Assembly: GCA_038234895.1 (NCBI GenBank)
Contig: JBBQSM010000003.1
Location: forward strand, 9,542 to 73,541
From: Gemmatimonadales bacterium
Lineage (GTDB): Bacteria; Gemmatimonadota; Gemmatimonadetes; Gemmatimonadales; Gemmatimonadaceae
Length of the DNA stretch: 64,000 bases
Direction: 5' to 3'
Shown piece by piece: positions 1-10,025 of this stretch. Both the position numbers and the translations under genes were made by a program. Below the pieces are notes generated by a model. It was given only the letters and a program-made list of their open reading frames with translations. It searched no databases and was not told where the DNA came from. Each line of letters begins with the position of its first letter. Within the stretch, counting starts at the first letter, position 1.

Positions 1-41
1 TTTCCCAAGGTCGGCGGCCCCGCGTGGAACGATCCCGTGCA

Positions 42-81
42 CCGTGCCCATTCGCGGCAGTGCCCGCGTCATTCGCGATCC
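42..81. repeat. Right arm of GGATCGCGAA fold-back element, copy A (rest probably left of window); overlaps GxxExxY stop codon
   Basis: CCGTGCCCATTCGCGGCAGTGCCCGCGTCATTCGCGATCC aligns without gaps to the right arms at 10250-10289, 14270-14309 and 43557-43596. Confidence 0.75.
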
Positions 82-530
82 GGCAGTTCCGGCGATTCCG
101 GGCGCTGAGCGTTCAGGGTGGCGCGGGTGCCTTCACGTCGGGCTTCGCGCGCTTCGCGATAAATCACGCGTTTGAACGACGGCGACGGGCCGAAGTTCAG
201 GATGAGCCCGAGGTCGTAGCGTGTGGCTTTGAGATAGCTGAGCACCTGACTGCAGTGCACCGCTTCGATGTGCTTGGCGACTTTGCACTCCACGATGATT
301 GCGTCTTCGACGATGAGATCCATGCGGTAGGTCGCGATCGGCCGGCCTTTGTAGAGCACCTCAACCGGCGACTCGCATGCGTGCCAGATCTCCGCGTCGT
401 CGAGCGCCATGGCCATGGCGCGCTGATAGACCTTTTCGGAGTAGCCGTGCCCCAATTCGCGAAACACGTCGAAGAAGGCCGAACAGATGCGGCGACTCAA
501 TTCGGGAAACAGCAGGGCGGCGTGGGTCAT
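69..530 (-). CDS. GxxExxY protein (PD-(D/E)XK nuclease-like fold)
   Basis: LGHGYSEKVY = GxxExxY motif; YRMDLIVEDAIIVECK = D..ExK core; QVLSYLKAT..LGLILNFG C-terminal motif; GGAG upstream of ATG. Confidence 0.9.
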   Translation of the reverse strand: MTHAALLFPELSRRICSAFFDVFRELGHGYSEKVYQRAMAMALDDAEIWHACESPVEVLYKGRPIATYRMDLIVEDAIIVECKVAKHIEAVHCSQVLSYLKATRYDLGLILNFGPSPSFKRVIYREAREARREGTRATLNAQRPESPELPDRE

Positions 531-807
531 GGGGCTCCGGTGGGGACGCCGGAATCGTAGCGCTCCGGGCGCAACACGCTCTCACCGAATTCGTGCCGAC
601 GGACACCAATTCACGCAGGTTGTCCCTCGCGCTGGAGCAGCTCGCCTGCGTGGATCACCAACGGGCTTGGATCGCCTTATCGGACCGAAAAGTCCGAACT
701 GTAACCGTTGCAGATAACAGGAACCGTTCGGTCTGGGCAGTGTTTACTGGCATGTGTGGACCGACCGGTCCTACCACCTAATTCTGTCTTCCTTTCGGAG
801 CTTTCTG

Positions 808-1299
808 ATGCGTAAGATCTCGATGCTGGTTGCTGGTGCTGCCGTGATCGCGTTTGCGGCACCGCGTGCCGCGCAGGCGCAGGACAAGGATATCGTTGAG
901 ACGGCCGTGTCGGCCGGGTCGTTCAAGACGCTCGCCAAGCTCCTCACGGACGCTGGCCTGATCGAGACGCTCAAGGGCCCGGGCCCGTTCACGGTGTTTG
1001 CCCCGACCGATGAAGCGTTCGCCAAGGTGCCGGCCGCGACCCTCGCCGCGCTCGGCAAGGACAAGGCTGCCCTCAAGAACGTGCTCCTGTACCACGTTGT
1101 GCCGGGCAAGGTCATGGCGTCGACCGTCGTGACGATGAATGGCAAGTCGGCCAAGACGGCCGAAGGTCAGGACGTGAAGATCATGGTCATGGGCGATAAG
1201 GTCATGGTCAACCAGGCCAACGTGGTGAAGACGGACATCGTCGCCAAGAACGGCGTCATCCACGTCATCGACGCGGTGATTCTGCCGCCGACCAAGTAA
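808..1299 (+). CDS. Secreted fasciclin (FAS1) domain protein
   Basis: Signal peptide ending AAQA; [19 protein letters not shown] and [13 protein letters not shown] motifs; GGAG RBS before ATG 808. Confidence 0.95.
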   Translation: MRKISMLVAGAAVIAFAAPRAAQAQDKDIVETAVSAGSFKTLAKLLTDAGLIETLKGPGPFTVFAPTDEAFAKVPAATLAALGKDKAALKNVLLYHVVPGKVMASTVVTMNGKSAKTAEGQDVKIMVMGDKVMVNQANVVKTDIVAKNGVIHVIDAVILPPTK

Positions 1300-1343
1300 C
1301 TCGCGCTACTGCAGCACGCATCGCATTGCTATCGCAGTACACG

Positions 1344-1389
1344 ATGCACGAACGCCCCCGCTGCCATGGCAGCGGGGGCGTTCGTGCAT
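1344..1389. terminator. Perfect 46-bp palindrome between convergent genes, likely bidirectional terminator
   Basis: ATGCACGAACGCCCCCGCTGCCA|TGGCAGCGGGGGCGTTCGTGCAT; lies between the fasciclin stop (1299) and the methyltransferase stop (1409). Confidence 0.75.
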
Positions 1390-1408
1390 TCAGAGCGATC
1401 GTGGCCTG

Positions 1409-2299
1409 CTAGCTCCGACGCGCTACTGCCAACAAACTGCCACCAACCGACAGAACGCCACCGCGTGCCACGGTGCGATGCTCCGCGTCGAGCAGCTGTT
1501 GCAACAGTCGGCCGGCCACGCCCGACGGCAACCGGTGCTCCGCGCGCGTGCGATCGGCGGTCGACGCACGACGTCCCAATAGGGCCGGCAGACTGCGCAG
1601 CAGAAAGACCGGCAACGGCAGCCAGGCGAACATCGCGGTCAGATATTCCACCTCAAAGCCGGCCGTCTGCAACGTCTCTCGCAGCGACCTAGGGCTGTAG
1701 CGGCGAAAGTGCCCCGCGTGATCGTCTTCGTGCGACCAGAGCCATTGAAAAGCCGGCACGGTCACATAGAGCCGACCTTTTGGGCGCATGTAGCTGCGCA
1801 GGTGTTCGAGAAATCCAACGTCGTCGTCAATATGCTCGATCACGTCGAACACCCCGATGCCGCCGAGACTGTCGCGGGCGAAACCTGCCTGCTCAAGCCG
1901 TGCGCACACGACCGGACGAACGCCGCGTTGCCAGGCGTTGTGTGCGCCCTGCTCGCCCGGCTCCACGAGCACCACTTCGTGTCCGGCCTCGATCAGGCCG
2001 CGCGCAACATAGCCGTTGCCACCGCCCACATCGGCGATACAACCGTCCGGCGGCAGCCGGTCGACGGTGGACACGACGCACGCGTTCCGGTGGCGGAACC
2101 AGAACGACGACTCCTCGACCTGTCGATAGAGCGCGTGTGCGTCGTCCGGATACGAAAGCGCCTGCCTCGCGCCGACGGTCCACAACCCCGCACGCTCCTC
2201 GCGCAACCCTGCCGCGCGCGGCGACCAGCCACCGATCCCCATCGGGTTTACGCCGCGCGGCGTAATCATGCGCGGCAGCGGGTCGGCCTGCGACGGCAT
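1409..2299 (-). CDS. Class I SAM-dependent methyltransferase (polysaccharide-locus type)
   Basis: IADVGGGNG motif I; FDVIEHI; VTVPAFQWLWSHEDDHAGHFRRY. Confidence 0.88.
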   Translation of the reverse strand: MPSQADPLPRMITPRGVNPMGIGGWSPRAAGLREERAGLWTVGARQALSYPDDAHALYRQVEESSFWFRHRNACVVSTVDRLPPDGCIADVGGGNGYVARGLIEAGHEVVLVEPGEQGAHNAWQRGVRPVVCARLEQAGFARDSLGGIGVFDVIEHIDDDVGFLEHLRSYMRPKGRLYVTVPAFQWLWSHEDDHAGHFRRYSPRSLRETLQTAGFEVEYLTAMFAWLPLPVFLLRSLPALLGRRASTADRTRAEHRLPSGVAGRLLQQLLDAEHRTVARGGVLSVGGSLLAVARRS

Positions 2300-2300
2300 C

Positions 2301-3458
2301 TTAGCTCGCGATCGAAAGCGCGCCGGTCAAACGCACCGACAACACGCGGGCGACTGCATCCACCACCTGATCCTGATACGGCTCGATGCCCGGCCACAGC
2401 GGCAACCGTACGAGCTGGTCGCCGGCCGCGTCCGTCACCGGCAGGTCGCCATGCGCCCGCCCGTAGCGCAATCCCGCGGGCGCCGAATGCAAAGGCACAT
2501 AGTGAAATACCGACGCAACGCCGAGCGCGCGAAGTCGCATGATAAAATCCTGCCGCGCGTCGAGGTCGGGAAGGCGCAGATAGTACATGTGCGCGTTGTG
2601 CTCACAGCTGTCGGGCACCGTGGGACGCCGCACCAGTCCGCGCTCCTCGAACGCAGCGAACACGTCGTGATACCGTCGCCACGCGAGCATGCGCCGTGCC
2701 GTCAGCGACTGCACATGCTCCAACTGTGCAAACAAGAAGGCCGCGATGATCTCGCTCGGGAGGTATGAGGAGCCAAGATCCATCCACGTATACTTGTCTA
2801 CCTGCCCGCGAAAAAACGCCGCGCGGTTCGTGCCCTTCTCCCGGATAATCTCGGCGCGCAGCGTGAGCGTTTCGTCGTTGACCAACAGCGCGCCGCCCTC
2901 GCCGGAAATGATGTTCTTGGTCTCGTGAAAGCTGAGCGCGCCGAGCGCGCCGATCGCGCCGAGCGCGCGCCCGCGATACGACGAACCCACGCCCTGTGCC
3001 GCGTCTTCGATGAGCATGAGGCCATGCCGCGTCGCGATATCGAGCAGCGTGTCCATTTCGCAACTCACGCCCGCGTAGTGCACCACAACGATGGCACGCG
3101 TCCGTTCTGTAATCGCCGCTTCGACGAGCGTTTCGTCGAGGTTGAGCGTGTCATCCCGCACGTCCACGAACACCGGCACTGCCCCGCGCAGCACAAAGGC
3201 GTTGGCCGTGGATACGAACGTGAAGGATGGCATGATCACTTCGTCGCCGGGCGAGATATCGAGCAGCAGCGCCGCCAATTCGAGTGCAGCCGTACCCGAA
3301 TGGGTCAACAGCGCCTTGCGACTGCGGGTCATGGACTCGAGGGCGGCGTGACAGCGCTTCGTGAAGACTCCGTCGCCAGCCAGATGGCCCGCAGCTAACG
3401 CCTGACGGATGTATTCGAATTCCGGCCCGACGATAGTCGGCTTATTGAATGGGATCAT
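2301..3458 (-). CDS. rffA: dTDP-4-amino-4,6-dideoxygalactose transaminase (DegT/WecE family)
   Basis: MIPFNKP start; PSFTFVSTANAF; EDAAQG; SFHETKN PLP lysine; FFRGQVDKYTW; VFHYVPLH. Confidence 0.93.
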   Translation of the reverse strand: MIPFNKPTIVGPEFEYIRQALAAGHLAGDGVFTKRCHAALESMTRSRKALLTHSGTAALELAALLLDISPGDEVIMPSFTFVSTANAFVLRGAVPVFVDVRDDTLNLDETLVEAAITERTRAIVVVHYAGVSCEMDTLLDIATRHGLMLIEDAAQGVGSSYRGRALGAIGALGALSFHETKNIISGEGGALLVNDETLTLRAEIIREKGTNRAAFFRGQVDKYTWMDLGSSYLPSEIIAAFLFAQLEHVQSLTARRMLAWRRYHDVFAAFEERGLVRRPTVPDSCEHNAHMYYLRLPDLDARQDFIMRLRALGVASVFHYVPLHSAPAGLRYGRAHGDLPVTDAAGDQLVRLPLWPGIEPYQDQVVDAVARVLSVRLTGALSIAS

Positions 3459-4225
3459 GGTTCGTCGGTCCAGAGATGAAAGGTGAGACGTGAAGCCATG
3501 GGCGTAAATCCACAGCTTGTCACCACATGGCTCGCGGCCCAGTTCGTCAGTTGTGTTTCGTAGTGAAAGCGGACCGGATCAGAAATCGCGATTCGAGCCG
3601 ACGCTGCGTACATCATGCAGCGAAGGAGCCCTTGTCCGCGGTGATCTACGTCAACAGCGGTCAACGGAACGTGCCACCCGCCGACCTCATCCTTGGTGAG
3701 CGCCAGAAACCCGCCCACCACACCCCGACGCGATTCTGCCACCAGCACCGGGCCCAACGCGGAGGCGCGTGCCACGAGATCGGCGGCCCAGCGGCCGTAC
3801 AGCTCGCTGGCATCCTGTTGGCGCAGACGCGCATCAGCGTGCCAGTGGCCCGACGATCCGGCAAACGCGCGCGCAGCCAATGCGTGCAACACGTCGCCGT
3901 CAGACGGAACGGCATCGCGCACGTACGCGACTGTCGCGCCAGGCTCGTCGTCAAACCAGGTCAGCAACCCGCCGGGCCCGACGGTGCGCGTATATGTGAC
4001 CAGCACATCACACAGCAGTGCGCCGGCCGACTCGAGCGCATGTACGGCGGCTGTGGCATCTGCCGGTACCCGCACAACGAGCAACGAGCTCTTGTCCCGT
4101 GACGACCGACGCAGCTGCGCCACGACGTCCGCCACGTCGGTCACTGACTGCACGACGGCGCTCGACACGGCCACGCCAAACAGCGCGCTTTCCAACGGTC
4201 GGGCAACGATCGACGTGTCACTCAT
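3455..4225 (-). CDS. GNAT acetyltransferase, WecD/RffC-like (probable dTDP-aminosugar N-acetyltransferase)
   Basis: HADARL..LYGRW; AVDVDHRGQGL acetyl-CoA motif; ETQLTN; ATGA-coupled to rffA. Confidence 0.7.
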   Translation of the reverse strand: MSDTSIVARPLESALFGVAVSSAVVQSVTDVADVVAQLRRSSRDKSSLLVVRVPADATAAVHALESAGALLCDVLVTYTRTVGPGGLLTWFDDEPGATVAYVRDAVPSDGDVLHALAARAFAGSSGHWHADARLRQQDASELYGRWAADLVARASALGPVLVAESRRGVVGGFLALTKDEVGGWHVPLTAVDVDHRGQGLLRCMMYAASARIAISDPVRFHYETQLTNWAASHVVTSCGFTPMASRLTFHLWTDEP

Positions 4226-5159
4226 CGAACGTGCGCTCGCGAACGATGTACAGCGGCCGGCCTTTCACTTCGTCGAAGACGCGGCCGAGGTAGAGTCCGA
4301 GGATGCCCATGAACGCGAGCATGACGCCACTCAGGAAATACAGCGACACGATCAGGCTGGCCCAACCGCTCACCTCGATGCCACCGAACAGCGCACGCAA
4401 GAACACGTACGCACCACCGGCGAGGGCGAGCAGCGCAAGGAAGAAGCCAACCCGAATGGCCAGACGCAGCGGTTTATCCGAGTACGCCACCACCGTTTGT
4501 ATGGCGAGATTGAAGAGCTTGCGCCATGTGTACGTCGTTTCACCGGCAAAACGCGCGTCATGCTGCACATCAACCGTAGCCACGCGATAGCCGAGCCACG
4601 TCACAATGCCGCCGAAGAAACGCAGCTGTTCCTTGAACTCTCGGAACGAGTTGCCCACCTGTCGTGAGATGATGCGGAAGTTGCCAACCGACCCATCGTA
4701 CTCAAGTTCGGTGAAGTAGCGGAACGTGGCATAGAACGCACGCGACGTACGCTGCTTCCACCAGCCGTCCTGACGACGGTGGCGACGAGCAAGCACGATA
4801 TCGAATCCGTCGAGCGCCTTATGGTAGAGCACCGGGATCTCCTCAGGACGATCCTGCAAATCACAGTCCATGACAACAATCCAATCGCCGCGCGCCGCAT
4901 GAATGCCGGCGGTAATGCCATAGTGCTGACCGAAATTCCGCGAGAACTGCATACCCCGAACGCGTGGGTCGCGTGTTGCGAGCGCACGGATACCGGCCCA
5001 GGAATCGTCGGGTCCACAATCTTCAACCAGCACCATCTCGAAGTCGTCGCTGAGCGGCGAAATTGATGCCACGAGTCGACGGTACAGTTCATCCAGACAG
5101 TCGGCCCCGCGATAGACGGGAATCACAACACTGATGAGAGGAGTCTCGCTCGGCATCAA
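4218..5159 (-). CDS. GT2 glycosyltransferase, GtrB/ArnC-like (polyprenyl-phosphate sugar transferase)
   Basis: ISVVIPVY; FSRNFGQ; [10 protein letters not shown]; two C-terminal TM helices; [13 protein letters not shown]. Confidence 0.9.
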   Translation of the reverse strand: MMPSETPLISVVIPVYRGADCLDELYRRLVASISPLSDDFEMVLVEDCGPDDSWAGIRALATRDPRVRGMQFSRNFGQHYGITAGIHAARGDWIVVMDCDLQDRPEEIPVLYHKALDGFDIVLARRHRRQDGWWKQRTSRAFYATFRYFTELEYDGSVGNFRIISRQVGNSFREFKEQLRFFGGIVTWLGYRVATVDVQHDARFAGETTYTWRKLFNLAIQTVVAYSDKPLRLAIRVGFFLALLALAGGAYVFLRALFGGIEVSGWASLIVSLYFLSGVMLAFMGILGLYLGRVFDEVKGRPLYIVRERTFDE

Positions 5160-6043
5160 CCCATACTGACCAGGCCGCGTTCATCCGACAGCTCAAGGAG
5201 GTAGCGGCCATACGACGATTTCTCGTACGCGACGGCCAGGTCGCGCAGCTGCGCGCGTGAGATCCAGCCCTGTCGATAGGCGATTTCTTCAGGACAGGCC
5301 ACTTTGAGCCCCTGCCGTTCTTCGATCGTTTGAATGAACGCCGAGGCTTGCAGGAGCGACTCATGCGTGCCCGTATCGAGCCACGCCGTGCCACGACCGA
5401 ACACTTCCATGTGCAGCGTGCCTCGCCGCAGGTACTCGCGGTTCACGTCGGTGATCTCGTACTCCCCACGCGCACTCGGCTGCAGGTCGCGCGCGATCTG
5501 CACGACCGACGCGTCGTAGAAGTAGAGCCCAACCACCGCATGATTCGAGCGCGGATGCTCGGGCTTCTCTTCGATGGAAATCACACGACCATCTGCATTC
5601 ATTTCGGCCACACCATACGCTCGCGGATCGCGTACATGGTAGCCAAAGATGGTAGCACCGGTTGTCCGCTCTCGCGCCATGCGCAACCGGGCGGCAAGTC
5701 CGCTGCCGTAAAAAATGTTGTCGCCCAACACCAGACAGCTGGACTGATCCCCGACAAAGTCAGCGCCAATGACATACGCTTGGGCGAGTCCGTTGGGCGT
5801 CGCCTGCTCCGCATACGAGAGCGATAGTCCCCAAAGGCTTCCGTCACCCATGAGTTCGCGGAAACGAGGCAGATCGCTCGGCGTGGAGATGACGAGAATC
5901 TCGCGTATCCCGGCCAGCATGAGCGTGGTCAACGGGTAGTAGATCATCGGCTTGTCGTACACGGGCAGCAATTGCTTGCTCAGCACCTTGGTGAGCGGGT
6001 GCAACCGTGTACCAGAGCCGCCGGCGAGAATGATGCCTCTCAT
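5156..6043 (-). CDS. rfbA: Glucose-1-phosphate thymidylyltransferase
   Basis: [18 protein letters not shown]; [16 protein letters not shown]; LGDNIF; RGEYEITD; WLDTGT; start overlaps rfbB stop (ATGA). Confidence 0.97.
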   Translation of the reverse strand: MRGIILAGGSGTRLHPLTKVLSKQLLPVYDKPMIYYPLTTLMLAGIREILVISTPSDLPRFRELMGDGSLWGLSLSYAEQATPNGLAQAYVIGADFVGDQSSCLVLGDNIFYGSGLAARLRMARERTTGATIFGYHVRDPRAYGVAEMNADGRVISIEEKPEHPRSNHAVVGLYFYDASVVQIARDLQPSARGEYEITDVNREYLRRGTLHMEVFGRGTAWLDTGTHESLLQASAFIQTIEERQGLKVACPEEIAYRQGWISRAQLRDLAVAYEKSSYGRYLLELSDERGLVSMG

Positions 6044-7101
6044 ACTGACGCGGCGAGGCCCGCGCGTTCGGCGCGATACGCTCCGGACAGGATGCGCTGC
6101 CACCACACCGTATTGTCGAGATACCACGCGACCGTTTCGCGCAGGCCATCAGCGATGGACTGGGTCGGTGCCCAGCCGAGCTCGGATTCGAGTTTCGCGG
6201 CATCGATCGCGTAGCGAAAGTCGTGGCCGGGCCTATCGCGCACGAAGTCGATTTGCGTTTCGTACGACAGGCCATCGTGGCGCGGGCGGGTGGCATCCAG
6301 CAGCCGACAGATGGCACGCACCATGTCGATGTTGCGCACTTCGCTGCGTCCGCTGATGAGGTACGTCTCGCCCACACGCCCGCCCGTCGCGACCGTTTCC
6401 AGTGCGGCGGCGTGATCGTTGACATGCAACCAGTCGCGCACGTTCTGGCCCGCGCCGTACACCGGCAACGACTCGCCGGCCAGCGCCCGCACGATCATGT
6501 GCGGCACCAGCTTTTCGGGAAACTGATACGGTCCGTAGTTGTTGGAGCAGTTGGTGATGACGACCGGCAAGCCGTATGTGCGGTGCCACGCGCGTACTAA
6601 ATGGTCGCTGGCCGCCTTGGACGCCGAGTACGGCGAGCTCGGATCGTAGGGCGTGGACTCGGTAAAGTGCCCGTCCGGTCCGAGCGAACCGAAGACTTCG
6701 TCGGTGGACACATGCAGAAAGCGGAACGTCTCGGCGTCAGCTGCGGGCAGCGACCGCCAGTGGCGAAGCGCTTCGTTCAGCAGGACGCAGGTGCCCATCA
6801 CGTTGGTCTCGATGAACGCGCGCGGTGCGTCGATGGAGCGGTCGACGTGCGACTCGGCCGCCAGATGATAGACGTACTGTGGCCGACAACGCTCAAAGAC
6901 GCGCTGCATCGCGGCATCATCGGTGATGTCTTCCTGCTCGAAGCGGTGATTCGCCGCACTCATGACGCCGTCGAGCGACTCAAGATTGCCCGCGTATGTC
7001 AGTGCATCCACTGTGGTGACTTCGTGTCGGGGATTGGCTACCAGCCGCCGCACGAGCGCCGACCCAATGAAGCCGGCACCGCCTGTCACGAGAATTCTCA
7101 C
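6040..7101 (-). CDS. rfbB: dTDP-glucose 4,6-dehydratase
   Basis: [12 protein letters not shown]; [12 protein letters not shown]; HVSTDEV; YSASK; [12 protein letters not shown]; GTG start at 7101 preceded by GGAGAG (alternative ATG 7122). Confidence 0.96.
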   Translation of the reverse strand: MRILVTGGAGFIGSALVRRLVANPRHEVTTVDALTYAGNLESLDGVMSAANHRFEQEDITDDAAMQRVFERCRPQYVYHLAAESHVDRSIDAPRAFIETNVMGTCVLLNEALRHWRSLPAADAETFRFLHVSTDEVFGSLGPDGHFTESTPYDPSSPYSASKAASDHLVRAWHRTYGLPVVITNCSNNYGPYQFPEKLVPHMIVRALAGESLPVYGAGQNVRDWLHVNDHAAALETVATGGRVGETYLISGRSEVRNIDMVRAICRLLDATRPRHDGLSYETQIDFVRDRPGHDFRYAIDAAKLESELGWAPTQSIADGLRETVAWYLDNTVWWQRILSGAYRAERAGLAASV

Positions 7102-7404
7102 GTCCTCTCCGTCCTGGGTCATTCTGTGCCGCTGCGATGCCACTGTGCAACGAACGTACCATTCCCTTAAATGGACACGGGCAGGCCCGCTGTCACTGTA
7201 TCGTAGGTCACAATTGGTGGGATCGGTGCCGTTCCGGGACATTCCCATGCCGCTGCTGTCGCACTGTCGGCGGCATGCGCATCGCGGACGCGCTGTCCGG
7301 CTGTTTATTTCTCGGCGGTGCTGATGGGTACTTCCCGCGTGCCGCTGGTGCACCGCCCGTGTACTTCTGCCTGCTGACTCCGCCCGCTTCCTCCCGCCCC
7401 GCCT

Positions 7405-9126
7405 ATGCGCGCTTCCGGTTCAGTTTCACGCCGCCCTGCACTCCGCCCTGCGCTCCACCTCGTAGCGGTGCTGTCGGTGGTCGCCCCCGTGCTCGCGTCC
7501 GCCCAGCGTGGTGCAGCGCCCGCCGACCTTATCGTCACGAACGCGCGCGTCTACACCGCCGACGAGGCCCGTCCGCTCGCCGAAGCGTTCGCAGTGCGTG
7601 ATGGACGGATCGTGTTCGTGGGTTCGCGTCAGGAGGCGGCGGTGCTCACGGGCGCCAACACACGTCTCGTAGACGCGGGTGGTCGCGCGGTCATTCCCGG
7701 CATGGTGGACGCCCACGCCCACTTTGGTGGTCTGGCGCAGAAGCTCCGCAGCGTGGATCTGGTGGGAACGCGCAGCTACGACGAGGTGATCGCGCGCGTT
7801 GCCGAGCGGGCCAAGACGCTACCGGCTGGAAGCTGGATCGAAGGGCGCGGCTGGGATCAGAACGCGTGGGGCGACACCCGCTTCCCGACGCACGACAAGC
7901 TGTCGGCGGCGGTGCCGGGCCATCCGGTCGTGCTGACACGCGTAGACGGCCATGCGACGCTGGTGAACACGGCGGCGATGCGTCTGGCCGGACTCACATC
8001 CGCCACGAAGGACCCGAGCGGGGGCAAAGTTGAGCATGACGCGCAGGGGAACCCGACCGGCGTGCTGATCGACAAGGCGAAGGAGATCGTGGATCGGAAA
8101 GTGCCTGATCCAACGCCGGCGCAATTCCGTGCTGCGCTGGTGGATGCGGTACGCGAAATCCACCGGTGGGGGCTGACCGGTGTGCATGACGCCGGTGCAA
8201 GCCGGAGTGCGATCGACCTGTACGAGGACATGGCGCAGAAGGGCGATCTCAACCTGCGGCTCTACGTCATGATCAGCGACGACTCTGCGGCGATCGATCA
8301 CTACGCCAAGATCGGGCCGCGGTCCGCGCTGTACGACAGCCAACTGTGGGTGCGTGCGATCAAACTGTATGCAGACGGGGCGATGGGTTCGCGCGGCGCG
8401 GCACTGCTGGAACCCTACTCTGACGATCCGAACAACACCGGGCTGCTGCTCAGTGCGCCGGCGCACATCCGCGACGTTGCCACGCGCGCATTGCAGTCGG
8501 GCTTTCAGGTCAACACGCATGCCATCGGCGATCGCGGCAACCGTGTGGTGCTGGATGCCTACGAGGCCGCGCTCAAAGCCAATCCCACGGTCGATCATCG
8601 CTTTCGCGTGGAGCATGCCCAGATTCTCCACTACGACGACATCCCGCGTTTCGCGCAGCTGGGGGTTATCCCGTCGATGCAGGCCAGCCATCAGTCGAGC
8701 GACATGTACTGGATCGGCAAGCGGCTGGGCCCGACGCGCGTGCTGGGCGCGTATGCCTGGCGTTCGCTGATCAGTAGCGGCGTGGTCATTCCGAACGGCA
8801 GCGACTTCCCGGTTGAGCTGGTCAATCCGCTCATTTCGTTTCATGCCGCGATTGCGCGACAGGATGCGAACGACTGGCCGGCGGGCGGGTGGTTGCCGGA
8901 ACAGCGCATGACACGCGAGGAGGCGTTGCGCAGCATGACGTTATGGCCCGCGCACGCCGCATTTCAGGAAAAGGAGATGGGCTCGATCACGAGCGGCAAG
9001 TTGGCCGATTTTGTCATTCTCGATCAGGACATCATGCGCGTGCCGGCAGAATTGGTGTTGCGTACAAAGGTGGTGGCCACGTACGTGGGCGGAAAGGAAG
9101 TCTTTCGCCAGGGGACGACGCAGTGA
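7405..9126 (+). CDS. Secreted amidohydrolase (YtcJ/amidohydro_3 family)
   Basis: Signal peptide; PGMVDAHAH; KLYADG; HAIGDRG; RVEHAQ; GSDFPV; GKLADFVILD. Start approximate. Confidence 0.9.
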   Translation: MRASGSVSRRPALRPALHLVAVLSVVAPVLASAQRGAAPADLIVTNARVYTADEARPLAEAFAVRDGRIVFVGSRQEAAVLTGANTRLVDAGGRAVIPGMVDAHAHFGGLAQKLRSVDLVGTRSYDEVIARVAERAKTLPAGSWIEGRGWDQNAWGDTRFPTHDKLSAAVPGHPVVLTRVDGHATLVNTAAMRLAGLTSATKDPSGGKVEHDAQGNPTGVLIDKAKEIVDRKVPDPTPAQFRAALVDAVREIHRWGLTGVHDAGASRSAIDLYEDMAQKGDLNLRLYVMISDDSAAIDHYAKIGPRSALYDSQLWVRAIKLYADGAMGSRGAALLEPYSDDPNNTGLLLSAPAHIRDVATRALQSGFQVNTHAIGDRGNRVVLDAYEAALKANPTVDHRFRVEHAQILHYDDIPRFAQLGVIPSMQASHQSSDMYWIGKRLGPTRVLGAYAWRSLISSGVVIPNGSDFPVELVNPLISFHAAIARQDANDWPAGGWLPEQRMTREEALRSMTLWPAHAAFQEKEMGSITSGKLADFVILDQDIMRVPAELVLRTKVVATYVGGKEVFRQGTTQ

Positions 9127-10025
9127 GAGTCGTGTCTCTGCTTCCGGCGGCCACGGAGATTGTCGCGTTTCTCGGCGCGTCTGAACATCTCGTTGGCATC
9201 ACGCATGAGTGTGACTACCCCGATGTGCTCGCGTCGCGTGCGCGCGTCACGCGCAGCGCCATCCCGCACGGCACCGATCCCGCCCAGATCGACGCGGCGG
9301 TGAAGTCGCTCCACGGCGAGGGGCACGCGCTGTTCTCGCTCGACGAGGCACGCATCCGGGCGTTGCATCCCGACGTCCTGTTTACGCAATCGTTATGTGA
9401 CGTGTGCGCGATCCGCGAAACGGATGTTCAGGAGCTGGCGCAACGTCTTGCGCCGCCGCCCCGCGTGGTCACACTCGGCGGTACCACGATTGAGGGGATG
9501 TACGAGGACGTGAACGCGGTGGCGCGCGCGCTCGACGCCGAGGACGATGCGGAGGAGTTGCTGGCCGGTTTGCGCGATCGCGTGAAGCATGTGCACGATG
9601 CGCTGGCGGCCGCGCGCGCTCCCCGTCCGCGGGTTGCGTTGGTGGAGTGGACGTCACCGGTGTACATCGCGGGGCATTGGGGGCCGGAGCAGATCAAGCG
9701 GGCGGGGGGCGTGGACGTGCTCGGGAACGCGGGCACGCATTCGATGGAAGTCGCGATGGAGCAGTTGATCGCCGCCGAGCCGGAGTACGTGCTGATCGCG
9801 CCGTGCGGGTATTCGCTGCAGGCCGCGACCGCCGAGGCGCGCGGGCTGTTGAGCAAGCCGGAGTGGGGCTGGCTGGCGGGGCGTCAGGTGTGGGCGCTGG
9901 ACGCGAACGGTCTGGTGAGTCGGCCGGGTCCGCGTCTGGTAGACGGCATTGAGGCGATGGCGCGCATCTTCAATCCCATGCAATTCTCGGCGCTCGACAA
10001 ACGCCACGCCGTGCGGGTCGCGTAG
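9123..10025 (+). CDS. BtuF/TroA-like helical-backbone binding protein without signal peptide
   Basis: RVVSLLPAATEIV; GITHECDYP; TQSLCDVCA; SRPGPRLVDG; GTG start overlaps upstream TGA. Confidence 0.82.
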   Translation: MRVVSLLPAATEIVAFLGASEHLVGITHECDYPDVLASRARVTRSAIPHGTDPAQIDAAVKSLHGEGHALFSLDEARIRALHPDVLFTQSLCDVCAIRETDVQELAQRLAPPPRVVTLGGTTIEGMYEDVNAVARALDAEDDAEELLAGLRDRVKHVHDALAAARAPRPRVALVEWTSPVYIAGHWGPEQIKRAGGVDVLGNAGTHSMEVAMEQLIAAEPEYVLIAPCGYSLQAATAEARGLLSKPEWGWLAGRQVWALDANGLVSRPGPRLVDGIEAMARIFNPMQFSALDKRHAVRVA

